DNA of 64,000 bases from the sequence record OR455461.1, one strand, 5' to 3'. The position numbers were made by a program, and so were the translations under genes. The first letter of the stretch is position 1, and every line of letters begins with the position of its first letter. Positions 17,742 through 29,084 of this stretch are shown one piece after another. The notes under the pieces are model-generated. The model had not been told where the DNA came from and made no database searches. It worked only from the letters and a program-made list of their open reading frames with translations.

Positions 17742-20732
17742 ATGGCTATAACACAGTATTTCTCTAACGAACAAGAGAAATTAGATTTTTTAAATAATGC
17801 TAAGATAGATACGGATAGTGTTATTAAAATAGGAAGTACTTCATACGATGTTAAAGAAAAATGGTTTAATATGGCTAGCAAATTCTTTGAAATTGATACT
17901 GAAAATACTCCTATTGATGATAATGAAAATGAAGAACTTATTAGTTTACTTAAAGCAGGTTTATTTGGTTATATTAATGAGATTAATTCTCATGAAGTTA
18001 AAAATGCTATATATCATAGAAACGTTTTGTATGATGAATTATTCTTAAATACAGCATCAATACCAATGTCAATTTATAACTTTGCTAAATTATATAATGT
18101 ACCTATTCAAATGGCCACACCTGCTAACTTTAAAGTAGATTTAGTAGTTAGAAAAGAAGATATATTAAAACTTCCAACTAAAGAGATTATATCTACTAAA
18201 ACTATTGATAAAGAAAAATCTCTAAAAACATACGAAGCAACTATATCTAAAAAACAAGATTTCACTATAGGTAACTTTAAATATAGCTTACCTTATGATG
18301 TTTCTATTATATTAAAACAATATCCAGTTACTAAAGATGGTAAAGAATTAATTGATTATAAAATATCAGCTAATTATAATATAGATAACAACTTATTTAA
18401 ATTCTCATCTATACTAGACAATAACGTTAAAGTAACTAAAAATATTTCTAATGGAATAGATTATTTATTCTTTAGTTTAGATCTATATCAAATTGATAGA
18501 GTTGAAAAAGAATTTAATATTACAAGTAATGATATTGCAGAAAATATTTATCTAGATAGTAGTTATGAAGGTCAATTAGCTGGATTTAATGTATTTTATG
18601 AATATATGGGTGAAAGAATTCCTATGGAAACTTATTTCAATAATACATTTACTCCAGATACGGATAATCCTTTCTGTTATTACAATTTTAAAGAGGAAAA
18701 TAAATTAGAAATATCTTTCTCTAATATTGCTAATTCATTTAGACCTAAAGCAAATAGTAGAGTTGTAATTGAAACTTTAACTACTAGAGGTGAACAGGGT
18801 AACTTTAATTATAATGATGCATTAAATGTATCATTAGAATCTGGAATTAGTACATTTGAAAAAATACCAGTTACAGTATTACCTAAAGGAAATTCTGTTA
18901 ACGGTAGAAATAAACCTACAGTAAATTCAGAAAAAAGACGTATTATTAATAAAGCTATAACTAGAGATAATATTATTACAGATTTTGATATTAAAAATTA
19001 TTTTAATGAAGTTAATGACAGTAATAATATTAATAATTCATTTATTAATTTTGTTAAGAAACGTAATGATCTATATACACGTATGTATAATGCATTCTTA
19101 TTATTAAGAGATAGTAATAATAAAGTTATGCCTACAAACACTGCACCTTATTTAGATTTCCCTAAGCAATACTTCATTGGAAATACTTCTTTAGGAAATG
19201 AAGAAAATGGTTATGTTATTCCAGAAAATAGTCTATTTAAATACGATCATGAAGAAAAAGAATATGTCCATATACCTGATGGTTTAGATGATAAAGATGA
19301 AAAAGAAAAATTTGAAAAAGATAAAGATTCTTTATATTATGTAAATCCTTTCTTAATCAAGATTAATAAGTATCCTTTCTTATCTTCCAACTATTATAAA
19401 CTTCATGTAAATGATTTATTCTCAACTGAGTATAAATACATTAATGATTTAATACCTAGTAATATAACTACAACTGATTTATATGTAGAAAAATTAAATG
19501 ATTTCAAAAATACATTAGAATCAGATACATTTAAATTTAGTGTAGAAATTGGTATGGATACATCATTACAAGAAATGAAAGATTTATTAAGTGTTAGAGT
19601 AGTTCTATTATCTCAAGAAACTGGAGAGAAGTATGGTTACTTTGAATTAAAACCAGAAGAAAATATTGAATCTGAAAATAATATTATTGATGACAGTGAT
19701 AGTAGTGTTGATAAATCTTCACTATATACAGGAATGATATCTACAAACAGATCTTTCCATGAAGGAAAACTAGCAATCACAGATTCATTATATGATTCAA
19801 AAGGTATTGTACAAGATAATGTATTTATAGATGAGAAATTTGTAGTTAAAATTGGAATTATGTATAAAGATGAAGATATGAGATATTTTAATGAATTAGA
19901 TTATTCTGATGAAATGAATTTCTTTAAAGATGCTTTTCCTAATCATGAAGATAATGTAATTAATGACTATACATTAGCTTGTTCTATGGAAACTTTTGAA
20001 GGAGTATCTATCTATAAAGATATGTCAAATGTAATGAATAGTACAATATCTATGGATGATTCTAAATGTAGAGTAGAATTAATACCAATGTTCTCATTAG
20101 GTTACTTCATGAATAATTATGAAGAAGTATATAACGTATTAGATAGTTATAAAGATATACTAGAAGATGCTATTCCTAGATTACAAAATAATACTAGTAT
20201 AGATATGAAACTGTATAATACAAAAGGTCCTTCTAATAATTATTATTTAGATACTAAATTAAATGATGATAATGTAGAAAATAAATATATCTCTAGAACT
20301 GATATATTACTAGATCTAAATATAACACTATACGCTCCAATTAATGATTTCTTAGATAAAGAAATTAAAAGATATATATCAGATTTTATTGAAGCATGTA
20401 ATGAAAATGGTATTATACCTATATCGAATTTAATAAGATTATTAGAACAAAATTTTGATATCATTAAATATATTGTATTTAATGGAATTTCAGGCAAATA
20501 TGCAGAGAAAGTTGATAATCACTATCAAAAACTTCTTAACACTAATTTAGGTTATAACGATCTAAATAAACAAGAAATTATCGAATATGTTCCAGAATAT
20601 ATAAACATTAAAAAGAATCTTAGAGATAATAAAGTAGAAATTGAAAATGAAGATAATTCAACAGGGACTACAGTTATAGATTTAGGATTAACTTATGATG
20701 ATGTTGTAAATATTACTTATTCAGTTTCTTAA
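17742..20732 (+). CDS. Baseplate wedge protein (T4 gp6-like)
   Basis: 996 aa; LNTASIPMSIYNFAKLYNV..ATPA N-terminal motif, TTRGEQGN and AITRDNIITDFD segments typical of baseplate wedge proteins. Confidence 0.65.
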   Translation: MAITQYFSNEQEKLDFLNNAKIDTDSVIKIGSTSYDVKEKWFNMASKFFEIDTENTPIDDNENEELISLLKAGLFGYINEINSHEVKNAIYHRNVLYDELFLNTASIPMSIYNFAKLYNVPIQMATPANFKVDLVVRKEDILKLPTKEIISTKTIDKEKSLKTYEATISKKQDFTIGNFKYSLPYDVSIILKQYPVTKDGKELIDYKISANYNIDNNLFKFSSILDNNVKVTKNISNGIDYLFFSLDLYQIDRVEKEFNITSNDIAENIYLDSSYEGQLAGFNVFYEYMGERIPMETYFNNTFTPDTDNPFCYYNFKEENKLEISFSNIANSFRPKANSRVVIETLTTRGEQGNFNYNDALNVSLESGISTFEKIPVTVLPKGNSVNGRNKPTVNSEKRRIINKAITRDNIITDFDIKNYFNEVNDSNNINNSFINFVKKRNDLYTRMYNAFLLLRDSNNKVMPTNTAPYLDFPKQYFIGNTSLGNEENGYVIPENSLFKYDHEEKEYVHIPDGLDDKDEKEKFEKDKDSLYYVNPFLIKINKYPFLSSNYYKLHVNDLFSTEYKYINDLIPSNITTTDLYVEKLNDFKNTLESDTFKFSVEIGMDTSLQEMKDLLSVRVVLLSQETGEKYGYFELKPEENIESENNIIDDSDSSVDKSSLYTGMISTNRSFHEGKLAITDSLYDSKGIVQDNVFIDEKFVVKIGIMYKDEDMRYFNELDYSDEMNFFKDAFPNHEDNVINDYTLACSMETFEGVSIYKDMSNVMNSTISMDDSKCRVELIPMFSLGYFMNNYEEVYNVLDSYKDILEDAIPRLQNNTSIDMKLYNTKGPSNNYYLDTKLNDDNVENKYISRTDILLDLNITLYAPINDFLDKEIKRYISDFIEACNENGIIPISNLIRLLEQNFDIIKYIVFNGISGKYAEKVDNHYQKLLNTNLGYNDLNKQEIIEYVPEYINIKKNLRDNKVEIENEDNSTGTTVIDLGLTYDDVVNITYSVS

Positions 20733-20760
20733 TATAAAATAAAAAGGAGAATTTAAACTT

Positions 20761-21741
20761 ATGTCTAAACCATTCATCTCAAAATATCGTCAAAGTCAAG
20801 CTGACTTAAATAAAAAAGCTAATACAGCTTTAGAACAGAAAAAATACAACGATATGGTCAATGAAGAATTACAAGTTTCAAAAGAGAAAGATTTAATTTC
20901 AGGAAGAAATAACCAAATCAAGGCTACAAATAAAAGAGCTATAGATAACGCTAAAAATAAAAATGATAGAGATTTATTATCATTAAACACTCAAACTATT
21001 ATGACTACTCTTTTTTCAGCATTAGTATTTAATACTTTCCCTAACAAAATTGCTGATAAAAGTAAATTACGTGACCATATTGTAAACAAGAGTCGTGTTT
21101 TCTTTAATGAAGCAATTGATGCTGAATTAGCTGATTATCAAGGTAGTGAAGTATTTAAAAATGCAAAATTCAATGCTGCAACTTATGCTAAAGACGCTCA
21201 TGGAGTTATTGATCCTAAAGACTCAATTAAAGGAGCTAAAGTAGTTTATAAAAAAGGTAGTACTGAATTTGACTACTTAGTAAATGTAGTTGCTAAGAAA
21301 ATTGAATCTGCTGTAATCAGAGAATCAGAACTAGTTGATGTACGTGAAAAATTAAACGAAGGTATTGCTGATACTCATAAAAAACAAAGTAAAACATTTT
21401 TCCGTACATTACATGAAATGGCAATTAATGATATTGTAAATAATGAAGAATATCTTAAAGAAGAAATTTCTGCTGAAGAAGTTAATATGAATGCGTTAAC
21501 TGAAGCTGTTTTAGACTATACTATTATGGAATTAGTTCATACAGCTAAATTAAGTACATTTAATATGTCAGAAGTTCAAAAATCTATTAAAAATGGATCA
21601 TTGAAAGTTAATACATCTCAATCTTCTAAAGTAAATCCTGAGAATGGTTCTACTAAACCATCTGGCGATGGTGTAAAACCTAGAGTCAGAGATAATGAAA
21701 ATAAACCGAAGTCAGGAAAAGTTCAATTAAACGAAGAATAA
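20761..21741 (+). CDS. Putative virion protein
   Basis: 326 aa, SD AAGGAGA, downstream of baseplate genes. Confidence 0.55.
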   Translation: MSKPFISKYRQSQADLNKKANTALEQKKYNDMVNEELQVSKEKDLISGRNNQIKATNKRAIDNAKNKNDRDLLSLNTQTIMTTLFSALVFNTFPNKIADKSKLRDHIVNKSRVFFNEAIDAELADYQGSEVFKNAKFNAATYAKDAHGVIDPKDSIKGAKVVYKKGSTEFDYLVNVVAKKIESAVIRESELVDVREKLNEGIADTHKKQSKTFFRTLHEMAINDIVNNEEYLKEEISAEEVNMNALTEAVLDYTIMELVHTAKLSTFNMSEVQKSIKNGSLKVNTSQSSKVNPENGSTKPSGDGVKPRVRDNENKPKSGKVQLNEE

Positions 21742-21760
21742 AAAAAAAAATAATAAAATT

Positions 21761-21792
21761 TCCCCAATACCTATTAATTTAGGTATTGGGGA
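21761..21792. terminator. Bidirectional terminator hairpin (dispersed family)
   Basis: TCCCCAATACCTA-TTAATT-TAGGTATTGGGGA between convergent genes. Confidence 0.85.
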
Positions 21793-21800
21793 TTATATTT

Positions 21801-22271
21801 TTAAATAGATTTTTGATACTCATTTCTTTCTTTTACATATAGTGTTAATTTGTAGTACATTATATCTAATATAATATTTGGTAATTCTTCATTATCATAA
21901 ACTTTATAGAGTTTTTTCTTAAAATCTTCAGATATATAACTCATGTATCTATTATAAACATCTTCCAATATTGTATTCTTTCTTTGTTCCGTAATACTTA
22001 CATTAGAAAATTTCATAGATGGATTTTCTAAATATACATCTAGATATATTTCTTCTATTGTTATATCAAAAGTAGGTTTTAAGAAGTTATCAATAGAATA
22101 ATCTAAATCATCAATAATACTTTTACCATCAAATTTATCTTCCATATCTTTTACTTTATATTGGAGTTGATTAACATTTTTTAAGCTTTGTTTATACTTA
22201 TAATAATAATGTCCTATGAATATACCTAGAAGTATACATATAAATATTAAAGCTGTAACTAAAAACCACAT
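21801..22271 (-). CDS. Membrane-anchored hypothetical protein
   Basis: One N-terminal hydrophobic helix (WFLVTALIFICILLGIFIG) followed by a coiled coil. Confidence 0.65.
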   Translation of the reverse strand: MWFLVTALIFICILLGIFIGHYYYKYKQSLKNVNQLQYKVKDMEDKFDGKSIIDDLDYSIDNFLKPTFDITIEEIYLDVYLENPSMKFSNVSITEQRKNTILEDVYNRYMSYISEDFKKKLYKVYDNEELPNIILDIMYYKLTLYVKERNEYQKSI

Positions 22272-22431
22272 TCATTTCACCTCCTTTTTATTCTTCTTAA
22301 TTTATTGAATCTTTTTCTTTTATTCTTAATTTTAATTTTTTCACTACGTTCTTTTTTAAGAATATCATTTGAAATATTTGACACTATAAGTAATACTAAA
22401 GATATTATGAAAACCATTACAATATAAATCA

Positions 22432-22986
22432 TTACAGTTCACCATCTTTAATTCTAATGAAGTTAACATTATTTTCTATTAATAAATCCATAACAGGTTC
22501 ATAATCATCATAGAGTTCATTAAAGTAAACTGTTTTTATTCCTGAAGCTATGATATTCTTAGCACAATTGTAACATGGTGAATGTGTGCAATATAAATCA
22601 AGTCCTTCTGTAGATATTCCTTTTTTACTCATTTTAGTCAACGCATTTATTTCTGCATGAACTTCATTAAGTAATGACCATTTATGATGAAGTTCTTGAT
22701 CTTCGCATTCTATTAGCTCATCTCCATTAATTTCATACCAAACATTATCTTTTTTCTTAAATATTTCATTACAATTAACTTTACCAGGAAATGATCCATT
22801 TACTCCTATAGAATATATTGAAGAATTATCTGCAATAATTGAACTAACTTTTTTAGCTGCACACTTACTCAATTCAGAAGCTTCTTTACAATATTTCATA
22901 CATAATATGTTCCATTTATTGATTTCATAAAAATCATTAAATTCATTATCATTAAAATCTATTTTTGTAGTCATAATTAAATTCAT
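22432..22986 (-). CDS. dCMP deaminase
   Basis: HAEINAL and THSPCYNCAK zinc-binding deaminase motifs. Confidence 0.9.
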   Translation of the reverse strand: MNLIMTTKIDFNDNEFNDFYEINKWNILCMKYCKEASELSKCAAKKVSSIIADNSSIYSIGVNGSFPGKVNCNEIFKKKDNVWYEINGDELIECEDQELHHKWSLLNEVHAEINALTKMSKKGISTEGLDLYCTHSPCYNCAKNIIASGIKTVYFNELYDDYEPVMDLLIENNVNFIRIKDGEL

Positions 22987-22995
22987 AAACTCCTT

Positions 22996-23607
22996 TTATT
23001 TTAAATTATTAACAAATTCAGTTATTTTCTCTATAATATAATCATATGAATAAGCTTCATCATTATTTTCATAAGCGAGTAATTTTCCTTTATTTGCATA
23101 TTCATCAGCTAATTCATTGTATTTTGAATCTTGGTCAATTGATTTATTATGTCCTTTTGTCCATGATAAATTTATATTAAACCTCATTCCTAAATTATAT
23201 TTTATATCATCTATTAATGACCATAGTTCTTTATTTTTTATAGGAGCTCCTGTATTTGTTAACCAACCATTTTCTGACCATTTTGAAAGATATTTATTAA
23301 AACCATCAACAACATATCTAGAATCTGTTTTAATATTTATATTTAATTTTCCCTCACCTTTATACGTTTCTATAGCAAATAGAACGGAAAATATAAATGA
23401 TAATATTTCTAAATTGTTATTAGTTAATTTTTCATCCATCACAGGTATTCCCATAGAATCAAAAGGTCTATCTTCTTCAGGCAAATATATACCTAACCCA
23501 CCATATTTAGTTCCTTTAGATTTAACACCTTTTATTGCACCATCACAATAAATTATTACTTTATCACTGTTTTTATCTAAATATTTTTTAAAGTCTATCA
23601 AATTCAT
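22996..23607 (-). CDS. rnhA: Ribonuclease HI
   Basis: YCDGA, TNNNLE, KTDSRYV, WTKGH and NELADEYA motifs. Confidence 0.9.
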   Translation of the reverse strand: MNLIDFKKYLDKNSDKVIIYCDGAIKGVKSKGTKYGGLGIYLPEEDRPFDSMGIPVMDEKLTNNNLEILSFIFSVLFAIETYKGEGKLNINIKTDSRYVVDGFNKYLSKWSENGWLTNTGAPIKNKELWSLIDDIKYNLGMRFNINLSWTKGHNKSIDQDSKYNELADEYANKGKLLAYENNDEAYSYDYIIEKITEFVNNLK

Positions 23608-23706
23608 ACACCGTCCTAGAATTTATAAAAAAAAATAAATGAAGAGAGATTAGATCTCTCTTCATCCTTTATATAATTAAAAAGTTTTTACCATTTATTA
23701 ATTTTA

Positions 23707-25779
23707 TTAAACCATAAATGAATCTAAGATCTCTTCATCTAAAGATTTAACATCAGTTTCTTCACCAGTAATTAATTTAACTAAATCTTCGTCACTATCT
23801 AAATCTTTATTAGTAACTTTAATTCTAATGTCTTCTAAAGTATCTGTTCCTTCAAGAACATCAATATAATCACTAACAAATTGAACTTCACCATCAATAT
23901 TAGTAACTTTAATAGTATGACTATCCGAGAACTCTACGCTATCTACGAAAGCAAATTTAGTATTATCATTAATTAATTTATTAATGAATAATTTACGTTT
24001 AGCGATTTCTAATTCAATATCGCCTTTACGAATTTTATCAATTCTATGTGTAGAACCTGCATATTTAAACGATACATCCTTAGTGAATTTGTTTTCTTTA
24101 ATAATTTGATATGTCATATTTAATTTCTCCTCTTTATTATCATTTTTAGTTTCTTTTACATTTTTTATAGTAGATTCTTTTGATTTAATTTCTTCCTGTA
24201 CCTCTTTTAATTCATCTTCATTATTAATTTCAATAATACTTTCTTTTTCAGGTTTAGTAAATGCATATTTTCCTTCAATTATATTTTGATATTGATTAGT
24301 AAATGCATCAACGTAATTTTTATCCTCATCAAATATGTTATCCAATGAAGATTTTAAACTTAGTTTTAGATTTGAATATCTATGTGAAGTTGTATCAATA
24401 CGTTTACTACTATTAAATATATCTTTTCTTGAAGTAAAGACATTTTTAATATCTTCATTAAAATCAGTGTTATTATTTTCAAAAGTAATGAATTTCATTA
24501 ATTTTATAACATTGAAATCATCAAGTTTTATAGTTTGGTTACTTGATTGTATATATTCAAATAAGAAGTTATTGAATAAAGTATAACCTACTATATGAGT
24601 ACTAGTGCTTAATGTTTCTGATATGTTCATTTTTAATGGATATTCATTTTTCTTCTTCTTAGTATAACCACGTTTATTTTCTGAATTCAATAAATATGAT
24701 TTGGAAGTGAATTCATTAACATTCCCTTTAGAGTATATTCCTGAATAAACACCTTGAAGAAGTTCAAATGTAAATCTTTTTAAAGTATACTCAATATTTT
24801 CTATGCCTAAGAAACTTAAGAATAAATCATATATCAATGTCTCTCTAATAGGATGGTCATAACTAACTGACAAGAAGCGTTGTCTAAATGGATTGAAATA
24901 TAAATTTTCTCTAGTTAAGATATTTGTATCTCTTATTTTTTGTTCTTTTCCATTTGTACATATAAATAAATCTAATCTAGTATCATCCCTTGCATCACTT
25001 ACTTTTGGAATATTGAATAATGGATTACTAGCGAAATAATAATCTGAACGTTGACTAAATGTAAACACTTCAGAATATGTTCTATTTGAAAATATATCAT
25101 TTCTTTCAATCTTTCCAGTCAATTTACCTTCTTTACTTCTAATATTTATATTAGCATCCATTAGTAAATCAAAATAATTAATTGCGTCATAAGATTTATT
25201 TAATAGCTCCTCATTGTTTAATGAAATTAAATAACTACCTAAATTATCTACACTTAATTCTTTATACGCTGCCATAATAGAATCTTTATTAATTTCAGCA
25301 ATTAAATCGTATAATGTATTTCTTTCATAATTACCAAAACTGCTTAGTTTTTTATGGAAACTAAAATCTGCAGTTTTATAAAATTTATAAACCATTAAAT
25401 TGTCAACGATACTTGATTTAATAAATTTTAATAATGCATCTACATTTACATCACTATTTTTATCTTTAACATTCATTTTTGGACCATATACTCTAGTAAC
25501 AAAAGGAATACTATCAATTGAATAAATGATAAAAATATTTCTAGATTCTTCATTATTATCATTAGAAATAAATCTAAACATTGTATCTGTTATTTTATTT
25601 TCTTTCATAATATTAATAACGCCATCAAAAAGATTATTTACATTATTTACATAATTTTCATCATTTACCATTTTAGATGGTTGATTAACATCTATTTCTT
25701 TCTTAAACCAACGTTTAACTTCCTTTAAACTGATATTACTTTCTGACAAATTGTTTTTCTTTAGTATTATTCTACTCAT
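23707..25779 (-). CDS. Hypothetical protein (early)
   Basis: 690-aa ORF, SD AGGAGAG, ATATATTATAA motif upstream; no recognisable motif. Confidence 0.7.
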   Translation of the reverse strand: MSRIILKKNNLSESNISLKEVKRWFKKEIDVNQPSKMVNDENYVNNVNNLFDGVINIMKENKITDTMFRFISNDNNEESRNIFIIYSIDSIPFVTRVYGPKMNVKDKNSDVNVDALLKFIKSSIVDNLMVYKFYKTADFSFHKKLSSFGNYERNTLYDLIAEINKDSIMAAYKELSVDNLGSYLISLNNEELLNKSYDAINYFDLLMDANINIRSKEGKLTGKIERNDIFSNRTYSEVFTFSQRSDYYFASNPLFNIPKVSDARDDTRLDLFICTNGKEQKIRDTNILTRENLYFNPFRQRFLSVSYDHPIRETLIYDLFLSFLGIENIEYTLKRFTFELLQGVYSGIYSKGNVNEFTSKSYLLNSENKRGYTKKKKNEYPLKMNISETLSTSTHIVGYTLFNNFLFEYIQSSNQTIKLDDFNVIKLMKFITFENNNTDFNEDIKNVFTSRKDIFNSSKRIDTTSHRYSNLKLSLKSSLDNIFDEDKNYVDAFTNQYQNIIEGKYAFTKPEKESIIEINNEDELKEVQEEIKSKESTIKNVKETKNDNKEEKLNMTYQIIKENKFTKDVSFKYAGSTHRIDKIRKGDIELEIAKRKLFINKLINDNTKFAFVDSVEFSDSHTIKVTNIDGEVQFVSDYIDVLEGTDTLEDIRIKVTNKDLDSDEDLVKLITGEETDVKSLDEEILDSFMV

Positions 25780-25957
25780 ATCCGATTCACTCTCCTAGTG
25801 TAATTTTTATGAAATACTATTAGCTAATTAGTACTTCACTTTTATAATATATATTTAAAAATTGATATAAAACGGTAATATGTAACTCATATAGTTTAAA
25901 ATATTATGATAACATATTATTATAATAATACAAACAAAATTATTCAGAAAGAAGGTC

Positions 25958-26650
25958 ATGAAATCTATGCAAATGCCAAAAGTAGATAAAAAAGACCTGC
26001 CAAAATTAATAGAAACAATAGAGTTAAATGTAGATGAAACTAAAAAATTTGATATGTACAATACTGAAGATGAAATCAAGTCTGAAGAGACTTTTAATAA
26101 ATATGTAGAAAAAATAATTAGAAGCTCATTTGAATATAAATCATTTATTAAAGCTTTGAAAACTGAAATGGATCTAACTAAATGTAAATTTATTCCAGAG
26201 GTAGATATAAATGATGATAAAAAGCTTACTATTGAGATGCATCACTATCCACTTTCATTGTACGACATCGTTTCTAGTTATCGTGAAAAATTAAAAACTA
26301 ATTATGAATATAAACAGTCATATGAAAGTTTTACTGTAGCAGAAGATGTTATTAAAATGCATTTTGAAGGTAATATAGGTATTGTACCATTATCATATAC
26401 TGCACATGAGTTAGCTCATAATGGTGATCTGTTTATACCATTAAATGAAGAATTTGTTTTTGGTAATTTTGAAGGTCTTTTTGATCAGATTGAGTTAGAA
26501 GCTCCTTTAGAAAATAAAATAGAAGCAGTTAAGAAAATGACTAAGAAATATGAAGAAGATCCGTCTCTATATGAGTCAGAGGTTCTTGATAAAGTTAAAA
26601 CTGAAATAAAAATGAAAAATGAAGTTAAACCAAATAAGATAATACAATAA
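25958..26650 (+). CDS. HNH-like hypothetical protein
   Basis: IEMHHYP...IVPLSYTAHELAH resembles a degenerate HNH fold; late promoter at 25911-25922. Confidence 0.45.
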   Translation: MKSMQMPKVDKKDLPKLIETIELNVDETKKFDMYNTEDEIKSEETFNKYVEKIIRSSFEYKSFIKALKTEMDLTKCKFIPEVDINDDKKLTIEMHHYPLSLYDIVSSYREKLKTNYEYKQSYESFTVAEDVIKMHFEGNIGIVPLSYTAHELAHNGDLFIPLNEEFVFGNFEGLFDQIELEAPLENKIEAVKKMTKKYEEDPSLYESEVLDKVKTEIKMKNEVKPNKIIQ

Positions 26651-26665
26651 AAAAAATAATAAAAT

Positions 26666-26695
26666 TCCCCTAACCTATTAATTTAGGTTAGGGGA
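26666..26695. terminator. Bidirectional terminator hairpin (dispersed family)
   Basis: TCCCCTAACCTA-TTAATT-TAGGTTAGGGGA. Confidence 0.85.
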
Positions 26696-26706
26696 TATAT
26701 TTTTAA

Positions 26707-28965
26707 TCATTCAAATATAAAATTAGTTGAACCTGTATCATATACTTTATTTATATAAGTTTTATTTTTATCAATCTTATGTCTTATATAACTATCATTA
26801 CTTGTACCTTTTAAGAAAGTCTTTTCAATAGGTAATTCATTACCTACTTTATACATTCCAAATTTCTCAAATTTATAACATGTATATGAATCAGATTTTA
26901 CATTAAAAGTTAGACTTGGAAATATCTTTTTAATTTTAATTAAATCTGCGTCTGTATTTAAAAGTGAAATAAAATTATGTGATACATTAGTCTTATTATT
27001 AAAAGAAAATGCACAAATAATATAACCTTTATAATAAAGAGCGAAGAAGTCAGAATCTTTCCCATAAAAGTCTTCTGTTGAATGATTTTCAAAGAAATCT
27101 TTAAATGTAAAGAATCCCATAGATTTAATTTTTATATCACCATAATCTAATACAGAATAATCATCTTTAAATAGTAACAATTGATGTAAGAATTTAGCAT
27201 AATTCTTACCATCAATTCTTTTAGTTTCATTACGGATATCATCATCAAATAAATTAAGAAGATGGTACCCTTTTTCTTTAAGTTCATTGTATTTCTTAAG
27301 TTGATGATATTTAGCATTTATATCAGATTTAGTTTCATTGGAATGATATTTAACTCCATTAACTTCAATAGCCAATTTATACTTTTCAGAGAGTATATCA
27401 ATTTCTTTACCATCTAACAAATCTCTATTCTGTCTTTCTATATCAAAACCTAAATATTTCATTTCATCAGATACTTTTGATTCAGCAATAGAAGATTTTC
27501 CATTACTACATGACGGACAATTAATACCTTTTTCTATTAAATCATTTGCATTTATTTTAAATTCACCATGGTCTTTACATATTACTATTGATCTTTCATA
27601 TTTATCGTTAGGTCTAAATTTACTCATATTATATTTATCTTTACCATGTTTAATATTTGCAAGTGTTTGATATACTTCAGTCTTTTCTTCTTCAGTATAA
27701 TCAAAGTTATTAAGATTTTTAATCTTAGTATTAAGTGACTTTATACGTTTATACTCTTTTAATTCCTGAACAGAATATTTTCTCTTATTCTTTATTTTTG
27801 GTATTGATACTGATACTGAAACTATTTCTTTTTGATCTTCATTTGAATCTTTAACTTTATCTTTAACTTTATCTTTAACTTTATCTTTAACTTTATCTTT
27901 AATATTATCCTTAACTTTATCAATATCAAAATTATTAGAGATTTCTCTTTCTATATTTTCTTTCTTCATATTCTTTTTAATTTTCGGTGTTTTCTTTATA
28001 CCTTTAAGTAATTTCTCAGTTTCTTCTTCACGTTTCTTTTTATTATTCTCTACGATTTTTTCCCAGTCTTTATCTATACTAAGTTTTTCTTCTTCACATT
28101 TAGGACAAGCTAATTTTTTATCAAATAACATTTCGTGTATAGATGTTTTAAATTCACCATGTTTTTCACATATAATTGGTTGAATATCTTTTTCGTTAAT
28201 AGGTCTAAATTTAGAAAAATCATAGTTTGTATTATTAGCTTTATTTAGAGCTAAATCATAAATATGGTTTTTCTCATCTTCTGTATAATCTTTAGTCAAT
28301 TCTAAAAATAAATCAGGATCTATGTCTTTTAAATTATTAAAGATATTTTCAGTAGTTGCAACTTCTCCATCTTTCTTACAACCTGGACAGCCATCAAGAT
28401 TATTTATAAGAAAATTTTTAACTGAACTTTTAAAGCTACCATGTTTTTCACAGACTATATTTTGTTTAGTATTTATACTGTTCGGTTTAAAATTAGATAC
28501 ATCATAAGGAGAATATAGTCCATATTTAGCTATTGTAATATTATAGAAGAATAAATATTTTTCTTCTTTACTTTTATTCTTTAAATATCTAACTTTATCT
28601 TTCATTTTAGTAGAGCTATTTAAGAAAAATGTATAAGGTTCTAAAAATTCATTAGGATCTTCTACCATAGGAGATTCAAGTCGCTTAGTTCTTTCTTTAT
28701 TTTTTAAAAATTTCTCAGCGTTAACTTTATTTTCATTTTCTCCTGATTCAATTATTCTTAAACAGCTTTCAAAATAATTATCGAACCATTCTTTACTTTT
28801 AGTATATTTAATCATTCTTATTTTAAAATCTTCAGATATTTTTCCTTTATATGTTACTTTTACTTTATCTTCATTTATTTGATAATCTTTATCATTATCT
28901 ATATTAAATGTATAGTCATTACCTAATTTTTCTTTAAAGCTTTCTCTTAATTTTTTACCTAACAT
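26707..28965 (-). CDS. Free-standing homing-type endonuclease with repeated CxKHGxF...CxxC zinc modules and a C-terminal PD-(D/E)XK/Vsr-like domain
   Basis: Three CEKHG/CKDHG...CPxC repeats; EIDILSEKYKLAIEVNGVKYHS nuclease motif. Confidence 0.7.
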   Translation of the reverse strand: MLGKKLRESFKEKLGNDYTFNIDNDKDYQINEDKVKVTYKGKISEDFKIRMIKYTKSKEWFDNYFESCLRIIESGENENKVNAEKFLKNKERTKRLESPMVEDPNEFLEPYTFFLNSSTKMKDKVRYLKNKSKEEKYLFFYNITIAKYGLYSPYDVSNFKPNSINTKQNIVCEKHGSFKSSVKNFLINNLDGCPGCKKDGEVATTENIFNNLKDIDPDLFLELTKDYTEDEKNHIYDLALNKANNTNYDFSKFRPINEKDIQPIICEKHGEFKTSIHEMLFDKKLACPKCEEEKLSIDKDWEKIVENNKKKREEETEKLLKGIKKTPKIKKNMKKENIEREISNNFDIDKVKDNIKDKVKDKVKDKVKDKVKDSNEDQKEIVSVSVSIPKIKNKRKYSVQELKEYKRIKSLNTKIKNLNNFDYTEEEKTEVYQTLANIKHGKDKYNMSKFRPNDKYERSIVICKDHGEFKINANDLIEKGINCPSCSNGKSSIAESKVSDEMKYLGFDIERQNRDLLDGKEIDILSEKYKLAIEVNGVKYHSNETKSDINAKYHQLKKYNELKEKGYHLLNLFDDDIRNETKRIDGKNYAKFLHQLLLFKDDYSVLDYGDIKIKSMGFFTFKDFFENHSTEDFYGKDSDFFALYYKGYIICAFSFNNKTNVSHNFISLLNTDADLIKIKKIFPSLTFNVKSDSYTCYKFEKFGMYKVGNELPIEKTFLKGTSNDSYIRHKIDKNKTYINKVYDTGSTNFIFE
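27847..27921. repeat. 12-bp in-frame tandem repeat (KDKV units), about 6 copies
   Basis: ATCTTTAACTTT x4 perfect plus 2 degenerate copies. Confidence 0.9.
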
Positions 28966-29053
28966 ATCATGTTCATCTCCATATTATAATATTAAGATTA
29001 TATTTTAATAATCTCAAATTTATAATATATATTTAAAACGTAAAATAAAATAA

Positions 29054-29083
29054 TCCCAATATCTAATTTAATAGATATTGGGA
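29054..29083 (-). terminator. Terminator hairpin (dispersed family) closing the tRNA-like/ncRNA transcript
   Basis: TCCCAATATCTA/TAGATATTGGGA stem with a U-rich tail on the minus strand. Confidence 0.75.
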
Positions 29084-29084
29084 A